This document shows positions 48,497 through 59,199 of a DNA stretch of 64,000 nt, piece after piece (within the stretch, counting starts at the first letter, position 1; the number at the start of each line of letters is the position of its first letter). Source of the stretch: Syntrophales bacterium (GTDB taxonomy: Bacteria; Desulfobacterota; Syntrophia; Syntrophales; UBA2210). The notes beneath the pieces are model-generated. The model was given only the letters and a program-made list of their open reading frames with translations, was not told the DNA's origin and searched no databases. The stretch covers positions 672,001 through 736,000 of the forward strand of contig CAXXNF010000001.1 in the NCBI GenBank assembly GCA_963666365.2. Direction: 5' to 3'. The translations under genes were made by a program, and so were the position numbers.

Positions 48497-48691
48497 ATGG
48501 ACAAGACTATCAGATGCATTCAGTGCAATTCCGAGTTTCTTTTTACCGAACGCGAGCAGAAATACTACCAGGACCGGGGGTTCAGCATTCCGAAGCGCTG
48601 CCCCGACTGCAGGAAAGAACGAAAGCTGAACCGCGAAACCGCACAGCAGGCGCGAAGGACCAAAAAATTCGAATACGGCGACGAATACTAG
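48497..48691 (+). CDS. Zinc-ribbon protein (zf-trcl-like)
   Basis: DKTIRCIQCNSEFLFT..EQ....PKRCPDCR. Confidence 0.85.
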   Translation: MDKTIRCIQCNSEFLFTEREQKYYQDRGFSIPKRCPDCRKERKLNRETAQQARRTKKFEYGDEY

Positions 48692-48776
48692 CGGAACATA
48701 ATCGCACCCTGCGTTTTTTGATGACTACGCAAATAGTCATATCCCCCCCGGAAGGTTGTGTCACCACTACTGGCTT

Positions 48777-48839
48777 GTCATTGCGAGCGACCGCAGGGAG
48801 CGCGGCAATCTCTCAGCATCAGTGATTTATGAGATTGCC
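48777..48839. repeat. REP-like palindromic element
   Basis: GTCATTGCGAGCGACCGCAGGGAGCGCGGCAATCTC...GAGATTGCC. Confidence 0.5.
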
Positions 48840-49723
48840 TCTGTCGTGATACTCCCTTGCACTGCCCGACTCAGAAAGTCGTTGACCACAGCGCGAAATA
48901 TGACCGGCTGTTCAAGGTGATGTAAGTGGGAGGCATTGGGGAGCACCGCCATTTCAGCCCGGGGAAACCGGTCCCGGTATGCCTTGACCGTTCCTGGCGC
49001 GGCTTCGTCGTGTTCCCCGCATATCAGCAATACCGGACACTCGATTTCCGGCAGCCGGGGCATGAGATCGGCGCCCTTCAGGGCGCCGGTGACGGTAAAT
49101 TCGCTGGGTCCCCACATGGTGAGATAGACATCCGCATTTAATTTCCCCAACGCCTCGGTCACGTCGTCCGGCCAGGGATCGAGCCGCAAGACGTGCCGGC
49201 GGTAGTATTCCATCATTGCTTCCTCATAGTCGTCGCCAAACCGGCCCGACTCTTCCGCGGCAGCGACAATCCGGAGGACTTCGGCGGGCATATCGGCCAG
49301 GTAGACGCGCTGATCCCGCTCCCACAGAGGACTGCTGAGCAAGGGCCCGCTGAAGATCAGGCTCTGCACGCCCGCAGGTCCGCGGCGCAGCATATACTCC
49401 ACCGCCAGCATCGTGCCCCAGGATTGTCCCATGATGTGCAGCCGCTCCAGTTGCAACTGCTCCCGCACCAGCGCCAGCTCGTCTACATAGTGCGTTACCG
49501 TGTAGCGGTCGTTGGTCGCCGGCCTCTCGGAACGGCCGCATCCGAGCTGATCGTAGAAAATCACCGGACGTCTGTCGGCCAGATCGCATATTTCGCGGGG
49601 CATGCTCAGGAAACCGGGGCCGCCATGCACCACCAAAAGCGGTATACCCGATTGCGCTTCACCGTAGATGCCGACCCATATCTGTCCATACTCCGTTTCG
49701 ATGTATCGCTCTTTTGCCTTCAT
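48827..49723 (-). CDS. Proline iminopeptidase-family alpha/beta hydrolase
   Basis: HGGPG, YDQLGCGRS, GQSWG, WGPSEF, GEHDE, SHLHH. Confidence 0.9.
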   Translation of the reverse strand: MKAKERYIETEYGQIWVGIYGEAQSGIPLLVVHGGPGFLSMPREICDLADRRPVIFYDQLGCGRSERPATNDRYTVTHYVDELALVREQLQLERLHIMGQSWGTMLAVEYMLRRGPAGVQSLIFSGPLLSSPLWERDQRVYLADMPAEVLRIVAAAEESGRFGDDYEEAMMEYYRRHVLRLDPWPDDVTEALGKLNADVYLTMWGPSEFTVTGALKGADLMPRLPEIECPVLLICGEHDEAAPGTVKAYRDRFPRAEMAVLPNASHLHHLEQPVIFRAVVNDFLSRAVQGSITTEAIS

Positions 49724-50034
49724 GATTGCTCCTCTGCGGTGTTTACTTCCATGTGTCCATTTCCCTGGTGGGAGGGGATGAAGAGATGGGGGATCAAAGC
49801 GTTCATAATAACGTTATGAATCACCCTCTCCCCTCAAGGAAATGATAATTTTAGACTTTTTGCATGACCACCAAAACTGAAATTCTATAAATAGTTCGCC
49901 ATGGAGGTCCGCTGAACGGTCTTTCCGTCATGCTTACCCTCCGGATCTCAATACCTTTGACGGCTTCAACGAACACAAAATATGCCCGCCTGAATAAGCG
50001 ACCTGTCGTACAGGCAACGTCACCACAGTGTGGC

Positions 50035-53000
50035 TCATATCAACCTCCCTACGTTTGTCTGATCTCGCCCCAGAATCTCTCGCACTTTGACAGTCAAATC
50101 ACCCTTTGAGAAAGGTTTCTCAATAAAGTTGACGACTTCATCCAGAACGCCGTGACGGGCAATCACGTCTGCCGTGTACCCCGACATGAACAGGCACCTC
50201 AGATGGGGATAAAAAGATAGAATGTTTTTGGCAAGGTCGCGGCCGTTCATCTCAGGCATCACCACGTCGGAAATGAGGAGGTCTATATTACCGTGATGTT
50301 CGTTCGCCAGACGAATTGCCTCGCCCGGCGTGCCGGCCGCCAGCACGGTATATCCCTCCAATTCGAGTATCATGGTGGTAATTTCCAGAATTGCCGGTTC
50401 ATCTTCTACCAGCAGAACCGTCTCATGACCGCGCGTGCGCGGCCAGTCAGTCCCCTTCTCCGGCATCGGGGACGCCTTTGCACTGTGGCGCGGAAGGTAG
50501 ACCTTGAAAGTCGTTCCCTGTCCAGGCTCACTGTACACATTAATAAAACCGTTGTTTTGTTTTACCACACCATAGACCGTGGCCAGGCCCAGGCCGGTGC
50601 CTTTGCCCAATTCCTTGGTCGTAAAAAAGGGCTCGAACAGGTGCGGCAGTGCTTCGGGATCTATGCCGCAGCCGTTGTCGCTCACGGCCAGCATCACATA
50701 TTCCCCGGGCAAAAACACCCTGTGATCCAGGGATGAGTCCTCGTCGAAAACAACCTTACCCGTCTGAATAGTCACCTTACCGACACCGGCGATGGCGTCC
50801 CGGGCGTTCACGCACAGGTTGGCCAGGATCTGGTCGATCTGGCCGGGATCGATTTTTACCGGCCACACCTGCTCATCCGGAATCCAGACCATTTCAATAT
50901 CTTCACCGATCAGTCGCTGCAGCATATCGGTCATTCCCGCCACGGCATTGTTCAGATCGATCACCTTGGGAGCCACGGTCTGTTTGCGGGCAAACGCCAG
51001 GAGTTGCCGCGTCAGAACGGCAGAGCGCTCACCTGCCTTTCTGATTTCCGTAAGGTTATCATAAAAAGGGTGCTCCTGGGTTATCTGATCCAGTGTTATT
51101 TCCGCATATCCTAAAATAATCCCCAGCATGTTGTTGAAGTCGTGGGCCACTCCCCCGGCCAAGCGACCGATCGACTCCATCTTCCGGGCCTGCTGAAGCT
51201 GCTCCTGAAGCTTGGCCTGTTCCACTTCGAACCGTTTTTGTTCATTGATATCCTGAAATGACCCTTCAACGCGGGTGATCTCACCTTTTTCATCTTTCAC
51301 CGCTCTGCCGATCGTACGCACCCAGACGCGCTTTCCAGTTTTGGTGATGATTTCCATTTCCTCATCGTAGGAAATGCCTCTTTGGGCGCAATCGTTGAAA
51401 ACCTGAGTGATCTTATCCCGCCATTCAGGCGCATAAAATCTGATGCCTTCTTCTACTTCCGGCGCATAGCCGCGGGGCATTTCATGTATATCCGCTACCT
51501 CATCCGACCAGGTACAGGTATAATCACGCATATCGACACTCCACCCTCCGAACCGGGCACTTTCACCAGCTATATGCAAAAGGGCTAATTTCGATTTCAG
51601 TGCTTCTTCCGCTTCTTTTCTGGCGGTAATATCTTGCAGGATTCCTTTCAGTTTAACCACTCTGCCATCCACAATCTGCGGCTCGCACACCGTACGCGTC
51701 CAACGCTGTTTTCCTTTTCCGGTAATAAATCGAAGTTCAAAATCGTATGCCTCTCCCCTTTCTATTGCGCGTTCAATGGCGCCGGCCAATTTACCCCGGT
51801 CTTCAGGATGAAAAAATTCGATGGCTTTCTCTAACGGTGGTTCATAGTCCGACGGCACCTCATGCATACGGTATGTCTCTTCCGTCCAAGTCACTTTCCT
51901 GGTTTGCACATCCAGTTCCCAACCGCCGACCTTGGCAATATTCCCTGTTGCCTTCAGCAGATCTTCTCTCTCCTTAAGCGCTTCTTCCGCTTGCTTGCGT
52001 TCGGTGATATCTCTGAATACGGCGTTGATGCCCCCGGGTCGGCCCCGATCGTCCGTGTTCATATCCAGCGTAATTTCCACAGGCACGCGTCGGCCATCGA
52101 CGGTCAACACTTCAGTTTCATAGCCGGACAAAGTTCCGGCTTCATGTGCGCGGCGCATCATTTCTGTCTGCTCCCCTAGGCGGTCTTCCGGGCAGAAGCG
52201 CGTGACGGGCATGCCTATGGCCTCATCCGCCGTACATCCAAACAGCTTTTCAGCACCGGCGTTGAACACCGTGATGGCGCCGTCCGAATCGCAGGCCAAC
52301 ACCGCATCGCTGGTGGTGGCAAGCACGGCGGCGTATCTCTGGGAAAGGGTCCCCCGCTTTGTTTCTGTTTCGATAGCCCACAGGGCAAAGGCAATGTCAC
52401 CCGCCATCTCTTCCAGCAGGTCATGCTCTTCGGTACTGCGGGCAAATCGGCCCGGGCACGACAGACTCATCCAACCGAAAATGCAGCCCCCGTGTTCGAG
52501 GCGCAGACTCAACCCTGCACGGTCGGCGTAGGTTGCTGACAACGGACACTCCGCGCACTGGACGGACGGGTTGTCCTTTACCTGCACTCCGTCGAAATGC
52601 AGCGCCGTCTTTGCACAGGGAGGAAGATACCCGGCGCGTAACCTCTCGGTCATGGGCGCCAAGTCGCTGTCAAAACCCGCGTGAAAAAACGGTTCCCTGG
52701 GACAATCATTTTCCGTCGGAACGATCCAGACATTGTAATATCCCCGGGTTTCCACCAGCAGGCGGCAGGCTTCATCGAGGAGGCGGATCGGATCCTTTTC
52801 CCGCACAACAAGCTGATTAATATTGCGAATGGCCGCCAGGACACGGTTCCGGTGATCCAGAAGTTCCTGCAGTTCTACACGACGGCGATTTAAGCGTGCC
52901 AGCACGAGTCCCGCAAGCATGGCGGCCGCTACGTACACGGAGCGCATGAACACCTCATGCGCACTTGCCCCATGCACTGCGACAGCCCAGAAGGTTTGCC

Positions 53001-53688
53001 CCTCACAGGGAAAAACGAAACACTGCACCAGCGCGTCCAGCACCCACAGGAGGAGTCCGAAAAGTGCTGCACCTGCGTAGATAACCATGGTGTCGCGCTG
53101 GGCAGGCCGGGAGGGCAGGCCGAAAAAACGTCGAACGGGACCCAGGTTGAGCGCCACATACGCCGCTGTCACCAGGATGTAGGCCGTCACGATGTGCTTG
53201 ATCACCACCGTTTGCAGCCAGGGGACACTCACATAGTTCCAGGCAACTGCGGGATCCCATGGTGGCGGATTTAATGACACAAGCCATCGGAACACCACCA
53301 GGAAGCCCAGTTCCACGACGATACGAAAAGGTACCTCCACGGCGAATGAGGCCAAATACCAGGGATGGCCTTCGTACCGCTGCTCGGCCCACCAGCCGTG
53401 CCAGACAATCCACAGGGTAAAGACCGGAACCGAATAAAGAATTCCCCAGCCGTCGCCGGACCAGAGCCACCACATGGCCTGACACCCACCCGCCAGGGCC
53501 GAAAGGAGACCGTAACGCCAGCCCCAGGCTAGCGCAATCACCAGTGGAAAGAACAGTCCGGCCAGGATGCTGATTTTAAAGGCAGCACCTTCCATGAATT
53601 CGATGTCCAGAAAGTTGACCCCGAATCCGATCAAACCAAATATGACCGCCACGGCTACTCGATAGGCGCGGGTCTCAGGACTGTTCAT
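50035..53688 (-). CDS. Hybrid sensor histidine kinase (membrane domain, GAF, three PAS, HisKA, HATPase, REC)
   Basis: AGGVAHDFNN, NARDA, FEPFFTTK, GTGLGL, LLVEDE, SDVVMP. Confidence 0.92.
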   Translation of the reverse strand: MNSPETRAYRVAVAVIFGLIGFGVNFLDIEFMEGAAFKISILAGLFFPLVIALAWGWRYGLLSALAGGCQAMWWLWSGDGWGILYSVPVFTLWIVWHGWWAEQRYEGHPWYLASFAVEVPFRIVVELGFLVVFRWLVSLNPPPWDPAVAWNYVSVPWLQTVVIKHIVTAYILVTAAYVALNLGPVRRFFGLPSRPAQRDTMVIYAGAALFGLLLWVLDALVQCFVFPCEGQTFWAVAVHGASAHEVFMRSVYVAAAMLAGLVLARLNRRRVELQELLDHRNRVLAAIRNINQLVVREKDPIRLLDEACRLLVETRGYYNVWIVPTENDCPREPFFHAGFDSDLAPMTERLRAGYLPPCAKTALHFDGVQVKDNPSVQCAECPLSATYADRAGLSLRLEHGGCIFGWMSLSCPGRFARSTEEHDLLEEMAGDIAFALWAIETETKRGTLSQRYAAVLATTSDAVLACDSDGAITVFNAGAEKLFGCTADEAIGMPVTRFCPEDRLGEQTEMMRRAHEAGTLSGYETEVLTVDGRRVPVEITLDMNTDDRGRPGGINAVFRDITERKQAEEALKEREDLLKATGNIAKVGGWELDVQTRKVTWTEETYRMHEVPSDYEPPLEKAIEFFHPEDRGKLAGAIERAIERGEAYDFELRFITGKGKQRWTRTVCEPQIVDGRVVKLKGILQDITARKEAEEALKSKLALLHIAGESARFGGWSVDMRDYTCTWSDEVADIHEMPRGYAPEVEEGIRFYAPEWRDKITQVFNDCAQRGISYDEEMEIITKTGKRVWVRTIGRAVKDEKGEITRVEGSFQDINEQKRFEVEQAKLQEQLQQARKMESIGRLAGGVAHDFNNMLGIILGYAEITLDQITQEHPFYDNLTEIRKAGERSAVLTRQLLAFARKQTVAPKVIDLNNAVAGMTDMLQRLIGEDIEMVWIPDEQVWPVKIDPGQIDQILANLCVNARDAIAGVGKVTIQTGKVVFDEDSSLDHRVFLPGEYVMLAVSDNGCGIDPEALPHLFEPFFTTKELGKGTGLGLATVYGVVKQNNGFINVYSEPGQGTTFKVYLPRHSAKASPMPEKGTDWPRTRGHETVLLVEDEPAILEITTMILELEGYTVLAAGTPGEAIRLANEHHGNIDLLISDVVMPEMNGRDLAKNILSFYPHLRCLFMSGYTADVIARHGVLDEVVNFIEKPFSKGDLTVKVREILGRDQTNVGRLI

Positions 53689-54072
53689 GACTGTTCTCCG
53701 CTTCCCTGAATCATAGTACTGCCCATTGTGCAGGGGGCAAGGGGCACGGAGTAAAAGGAGATCTGATTGTGTCCTCCGTGCCCAACACGGCCACCAGCGG
53801 AACGATTTGCGGATGTCCCCTCTAATATTCCATGACAGTATAGTGATTAAATATTTGAACGTCAACCGCTCTTAAAATCAACTTGATATTCGACATAAGT
53901 CCAAGCTCAGAAAGCAAGTCGCGCTATAAGTTGCGTCATGGGGCCACAGATGCTGCATAGAGCGTTCTTCGCGCCACGGCAAGGCAAGTAATAGCTTGGA
54001 TAAAAATACAGCGGCTGAGGATGACCGACATTTTTTGGAAAAAACCCGGGATGCTGGAAAAAGCTTGCGGGT

Positions 54073-55720
54073 CTACAGAAAATACGAGAGAAAAGCATCA
54101 GATGGGAAGCGGAACAAAGGCAGGACGGATAATCCGCCTGGATCGGAACACGCGCAATGGTTAATCAATGCCCCGTTTCTACTCCATATATCTTCCCGCG
54201 TGATTTTGTCGGGAACTCCGCGGGGTTTCAAAACTGTCTTACCGCAGAGGATCAGGATTTCATAGAGATAAAATATGGCGTAGCGATCATGGTGAAAGAC
54301 ACTACATTTGTTGGAGTTTTCCTGCCGCACTTTCTGGCGGAACTTCCTGATACCGGTATCTTCGCCTGCGTCTTCAAGCTTTTCCTGATGAATCATCCAG
54401 TCACGGAAGGCCCTGGTCAGCGCCATGGTCAGAATGGTGAGATAGGCATGGACAAGAAAACCGGCCTTGCTGTTTTCCGGCGATCTTTTAATAAACCATC
54501 CCTGTTTTGATTCCCGGAACAGAGCGTTCTCGATTTCACTGCGGTCGTCATAACCGTCGTAAACCTTCAGCGGCTTGCCGACAGGCCCATTGGTCAGGAT
54601 AACCAGTGTTTGTGGACGTCAGGATTATTTTCCCTGTATGGATCATGCAAATCAACTGCCGCGTTAATGAGATGTGGCATGGAATCGCTTCTGTTTTCAT
54701 GGCGGCTGCTGCCAAGCTCACTGTAAAACCCGGCAGAGGTCAGCCCCTCAAGTCCTGCAACATCCCAAGTGTCGATGATTTGCTTCCTGTTCTTGCCATG
54801 CCCCGTGATTCTTTTACGCTCTCTTGTGACGCGCAAGCCGGTTTCCACCAGCGAAAGGGCATCATCCTACACATGTTGGCTTGATTTTGCCGGGATATAA
54901 AAGATGATTCCCCTGCTATTGAGCCACCATAGCAGCTTGCCGCACATAAAACCGCGATCCATGGCAATAGAGACAATCACGGCATGTTCTCCAAGGTTGG
55001 CAATTGCCTGCTCTATAATCTCTTTTGCAAGCAGCACATCGTGGGTCTCAATAGTGGCAAAACGCATGGCGATGGGAAGACCGCTGTTCGCATCCCAGAC
55101 CACCCATATCTTGAAGCCAAACACCGTGACCCTGATTTTCTTGATTCTTCCCCCTCGTCGCCTGAGCTCAGGCGCTTTTTCCTTGGTCACCGCGCCCCGG
55201 CCCTTGCATTGCTCGGTGGATTCAAGGTCGGAAGCATCAAGCAATGCCTTTATTTTACGAGGGAAAAATGAGTTCGCCGCTAATATCGAAATGATTGTAT
55301 TGAATCCCCGTTCAAGGTTCCTGCCGGCAATGGCGACAATAAACGATGCGATAAATTCCGGACACACCGGCCCTCTTATCTCAGCATTGTTTTTGTCCTG
55401 CCAGTCCGTTTTCGATTTATCAAGACTTCGCCGATTCACACCCTGCTTGATCTCATGGCCATTAAATCCTACGAGATGCATAAGGGATTGAGATTGCAAT
55501 AACACCGGACCGGCATGGTAAAAAAACTTCAACCCTGCGACAATGCGCATTACGTAGATGAGCATAACTGCAGAAAAAGGGACCGGGCTCTGCCGCTGCA
55601 ATGACGCCGCGGGGCAAGCTGTTCAAGAACTTTCATGATGCCGAGTTCGTCCAAAAAACAGAAAAATTCATCGAATAATCCGGCATCGCCAAGACCTTAT
55701 ATTTCTTGGACTTCCTGGTC
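54073..55720 (-). pseudogene. Frameshifted DDE transposase (IS4/IS5-like)
   Basis: FGFKIWVVWD, IAMDRGF, YIPAK and, in another frame, YDDRSEIEN..FRESKQGW; split across several frames; ends approximate. Confidence 0.7.
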
Positions 55721-55825
55721 ATTGGCAAGGGTTGCAGCGATTCCGGCCTGATCTCTTTTTGCAGTGTGCAAGACAAGCCGCTTGAATATGGTTTCTGATG
55801 CGTTTTTGGTAAAAAAGGGTGGTAA

Positions 55826-56594
55826 AAAAGGGGACAGATTTATTTATTTGCTTTGCTCGGTCTTCCCGGTCCGCGAAATTCCACCCGCCTGGCAATTCTC
55901 TTTGCAATCTCGTCAACAAATCGGGAACTGCCGGTCAACTGTCCCCGTTGAACCGATTGACGGATCAAACTCCATTCACCTTCCGGAATTGTCCCTTTCA
56001 CCCACAACGCATACGCTTTTGAACGATCTTCTTCATTTGCGGTCAGCGCTTTGTAGCAAGGATCAAAATCCAGCCATTCTCTTTCATGCTTGCCTATTTT
56101 GACACCGTAACTGGACCACCGATAGTCGGCGGGATCAGCAACAATTCCTGCTCGCACAGGATTCAATTCAACGTACCGGCAACATGACAAGAGATATTCG
56201 TCTGTGCTGATCGGACTTGATTTATAGCGGCCCTCCCATAAGCATCCGGTCCTCCGTTCAATCTTGTTCACATATCTCGTCTGTCGTCCGCCTACCCGTT
56301 TCATTAGCTGCGCAAGGCTGCCTTCCTCATTGCCGGGATCAACAATGAGGTGAATATGATTCGTCATCAGGCAATACGCATAAACCCGGCAGCACAGCTT
56401 CTCTTTCCATTCCCCCAGATTGTCAAGGTAATACAAATAATCGTCGTCGGAAACAAAGACAACCTGCCTGTTGTGCCCTCGCTGTATTATGTGGTGCGGG
56501 TATCCGCTTATGACAATACGGGATTTTCTGGGCATGTTCCCTTCACCATCACAGCAATTTCTATTTCTAAGAATAAATAAATCTGTCCCCTTTT
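55826..56594. mobile_element. RAYT element bounded by 23-bp perfect inverted repeats
   Basis: AAAAGGGGACAGATTTATTTATT at 55826-55848 and its reverse complement at 56572-56594. Confidence 0.75.
55840..56535 (-). CDS. REP-associated tyrosine (Y1/HUH) transposase
   Basis: MPRKSR..HIIQRG, YCLMTNHIHL, WEGRY, YVELNPVRAG, YRWSSY. Confidence 0.9.
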   Translation of the reverse strand: MPRKSRIVISGYPHHIIQRGHNRQVVFVSDDDYLYYLDNLGEWKEKLCCRVYAYCLMTNHIHLIVDPGNEEGSLAQLMKRVGGRQTRYVNKIERRTGCLWEGRYKSSPISTDEYLLSCCRYVELNPVRAGIVADPADYRWSSYGVKIGKHEREWLDFDPCYKALTANEEDRSKAYALWVKGTIPEGEWSLIRQSVQRGQLTGSSRFVDEIAKRIARRVEFRGPGRPSKANK

Positions 56595-56608
56595 ACCTTG
56601 CTTTTACC

Positions 56609-58978
56609 TTATAAAGAGTTAACGCCACGACCAACAGCATTGCTTAAAGCTTCAGTTACAAATATCCCCCTCAGGATGGCCTCTCCTGTCTTTGAATTAA
56701 GACCAGGACCAAAATTTTGATAAAACTGTGAAAATGAGTAGTTGTTATTCAGATGCGGAGAAGCTGCATTGAGTGCAATGTTAGCTGTGAATCCCCCTAT
56801 AAATGTTCCTGGAACGTTTTGCATTATACTCCTTCCTTCTATTACATTGCCTATAATTTTACCTGTTACAGCTCCTAAGCCAGCAATAAATGATTCACCG
56901 ATCACACGGGTACTAACAGAAAGGCCATCACCAAGTATTGAGCCTAAAATCGGTGATGCAGCTACAGAAGCAGCACCGGATCCAAATCCGGTAAAAAGTG
57001 AATTTAGCGTATTACCAAAAGTTATTTCTTGATCAGTAAGGGCACGAAATGCCGTATCAAAATTAGTTGTAATTTGCATTCCTAGATTTCCACCCCGAAT
57101 GATAATAGCCGTACCTTTTGAGATGCCTGCCAAGGTACTAGCCCCTTCAATGGCTGCACCGATTATACGTGTTCCTCCAGCAACACCCAAAATGGAGATA
57201 GTTTCATCTGCGGTCTCTGGAGTCCAAAGTGATGCAAGTACTCCTCCAACAAAATAAAGAGGATTTCCAGTTTCAATGTATTTATCGGCATACCATTGCG
57301 CACCATCTGTACCAAGACCGGTAGTGTAATCCCATGCAGCTTTAGTCATCAGGCCTTCAGGGTCAGTAAATATAATAGGATTATTCCTCACGTAGGCATA
57401 AAGGTTCAACCCGTCCATGTAGCCTGCCGGGTCGCGCTGCATAAAGCGGCCCAGTTTTGCCGAGTACATGCGGTTCCGGTAGTACCAGAGTCCTGATTCG
57501 CCATCCCAACGCCTGCCTGTGTAGCCGTAGGGATTATCGACTGTACTTTCACTGATCGTCACTCCCTGGCCGTTCAAGATCGTCATCAAGCCGAAAGCGG
57601 TGTATTCGTAAGTCTCAACTATGTTTCCGTTCTCATCGGTCAGGGCCGTCACACTGTACTGCCGATCTTTGAGGTAGTAGTAACGGTTCCCGGCATTGTC
57701 TTCCATCATGATCGGGTCGTCGATGTAGATGCCATAAACAAAGGACCGCTGGAATTGGCCATCCTCGTATTCCTCGATCACCTGCCCGCCGTCATAAATG
57801 TAGGCAGTCGTTTGGCCCCCGTATGATTGAGTTACACGCCTGTTCAGGGCGTCGTACCTGTATGTCGCAATGGCGATGCCATCCGAGGTTTTGACCGCAA
57901 CCAGCCGATTTGCCCAGTCGTACTCGTAGGTCTTAGCGCCATCTGAAGTCATGTTGCCCCTTGCGTCATAGCCCGGGGTCATGCCCGTAACATTTGAATA
58001 TTCGTTCACCTCGTTCGGAACCCGCTCTTCCGGACTGCCGTTCTGATTCGTATAGGTCCAGTTTCCCACGGGATCATGCTGCCATTGCACGGTATCTGCA
58101 GTTCCTTTCTGTTCAAATGTCAGACGGTTCAGATCGTCGTAGCCGTATTGTTTTTCGTATTGTTCCGTCGCAAGGGTGGGCGTCGTGGAGATCGCCCGTT
58201 CAATAGTTTCTGAAAATATGTTGCCCATGCCGTCATAGACTGTTTCCATACTGTAAAGGGTAGTGTTGTTAATGTCCGCATAGATCCGATTCCCTTCCAT
58301 GCCCCGGTCATTATAGGAAAGACTCTCTTCTATCCCGTTGCCCAATGTCATGGCGGCAACGCGGCCGTTCAGGTTGTAGGCAAAGCCAGCGATATTGTTT
58401 TGGGATTGGTCCTTGATCGAATCGGGAAGGTTAAGGCCGTTGTACGTGCGGTGAACCACAAATCCTCCCGTATCGGGGTATACAAGGTCTTCCAAGTTTC
58501 CATTATCATCATAAAATTTTTCAATCCGTCTCCCGTCCTGTACCTCAGCCGTCACTTGATTAAATGCATTGTACTCGAATATCACGGAATGCGTTGCATT
58601 TCCTTCATTGTAGTCATCGGCGAGAATCATTCTGGAAAGCGAATCGTATTCAAAATGCTGGGCTTCCTGATTATTCGCATATACATCCGCAAGCCGGTTC
58701 ATACCGTCATACGATTTGGTGATGGCGCTCCCGTCGGGACGGGTTTCCTGAACCATGTTGCCTGCCTCGTCATAATCGTAGGTTGTCACATCGCCTGCCG
58801 CATCTTCCACGCCCACGGGACGGTTCAGGGCGTCGTAATAGGTGCGCGTCTCATTGCCGCGGGGATCTATCACGGCGGTTACGTTGCCGTTCGCATCGTA
58901 CTGATACACCGTTGTTTGCTCTAATGCGTCTATGGTCTTGATCCGGCGCTTGGCCATATTGTAAAAATGTTTTATCAC
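56609..58978 (-). CDS. N-terminally truncated (orphan) Rhs/YD-repeat protein with variable C-terminal tip
   Basis: YD repeats; core YGYTGRRWD..GLWYYRNRMY..GRFMQRDP..NLYAYVRNNP..TDPEG; AT-rich Gly/hydrophobic tip. Confidence 0.88.
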   Translation of the reverse strand: MIKHFYNMAKRRIKTIDALEQTTVYQYDANGNVTAVIDPRGNETRTYYDALNRPVGVEDAAGDVTTYDYDEAGNMVQETRPDGSAITKSYDGMNRLADVYANNQEAQHFEYDSLSRMILADDYNEGNATHSVIFEYNAFNQVTAEVQDGRRIEKFYDDNGNLEDLVYPDTGGFVVHRTYNGLNLPDSIKDQSQNNIAGFAYNLNGRVAAMTLGNGIEESLSYNDRGMEGNRIYADINNTTLYSMETVYDGMGNIFSETIERAISTTPTLATEQYEKQYGYDDLNRLTFEQKGTADTVQWQHDPVGNWTYTNQNGSPEERVPNEVNEYSNVTGMTPGYDARGNMTSDGAKTYEYDWANRLVAVKTSDGIAIATYRYDALNRRVTQSYGGQTTAYIYDGGQVIEEYEDGQFQRSFVYGIYIDDPIMMEDNAGNRYYYLKDRQYSVTALTDENGNIVETYEYTAFGLMTILNGQGVTISESTVDNPYGYTGRRWDGESGLWYYRNRMYSAKLGRFMQRDPAGYMDGLNLYAYVRNNPIIFTDPEGLMTKAAWDYTTGLGTDGAQWYADKYIETGNPLYFVGGVLASLWTPETADETISILGVAGGTRIIGAAIEGASTLAGISKGTAIIIRGGNLGMQITTNFDTAFRALTDQEITFGNTLNSLFTGFGSGAASVAASPILGSILGDGLSVSTRVIGESFIAGLGAVTGKIIGNVIEGRSIMQNVPGTFIGGFTANIALNAASPHLNNNYSFSQFYQNFGPGLNSKTGEAILRGIFVTEALSNAVGRGVNSL

Positions 58979-59199
58979 TCTCCCTTGTTAGTGTCATTTG
59001 TCTCGACGATAAGATGAAAATGGTTGTTCATGAGGACGTAGCCATGAAGCGACACATCGAAGTTTTTCAGGCTTGCACCAAGAATATCGAGAAATTTGTA
59101 GCGATCAACATCATCCTGAAAGATGAGTCTGCGCTCATTTCCCCGGCAGGTTACATGATAAAAGGCACCGGGGTATTCTATGCGAATCGCTCGTGCCAT
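58975..59199 (-). pseudogene. Truncated Y1/RAYT transposase fragment
   Basis: MARAIRIEYPGAFYHVTCRGN...YVLMNNHFHL, ends after 74 aa. Confidence 0.8.
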
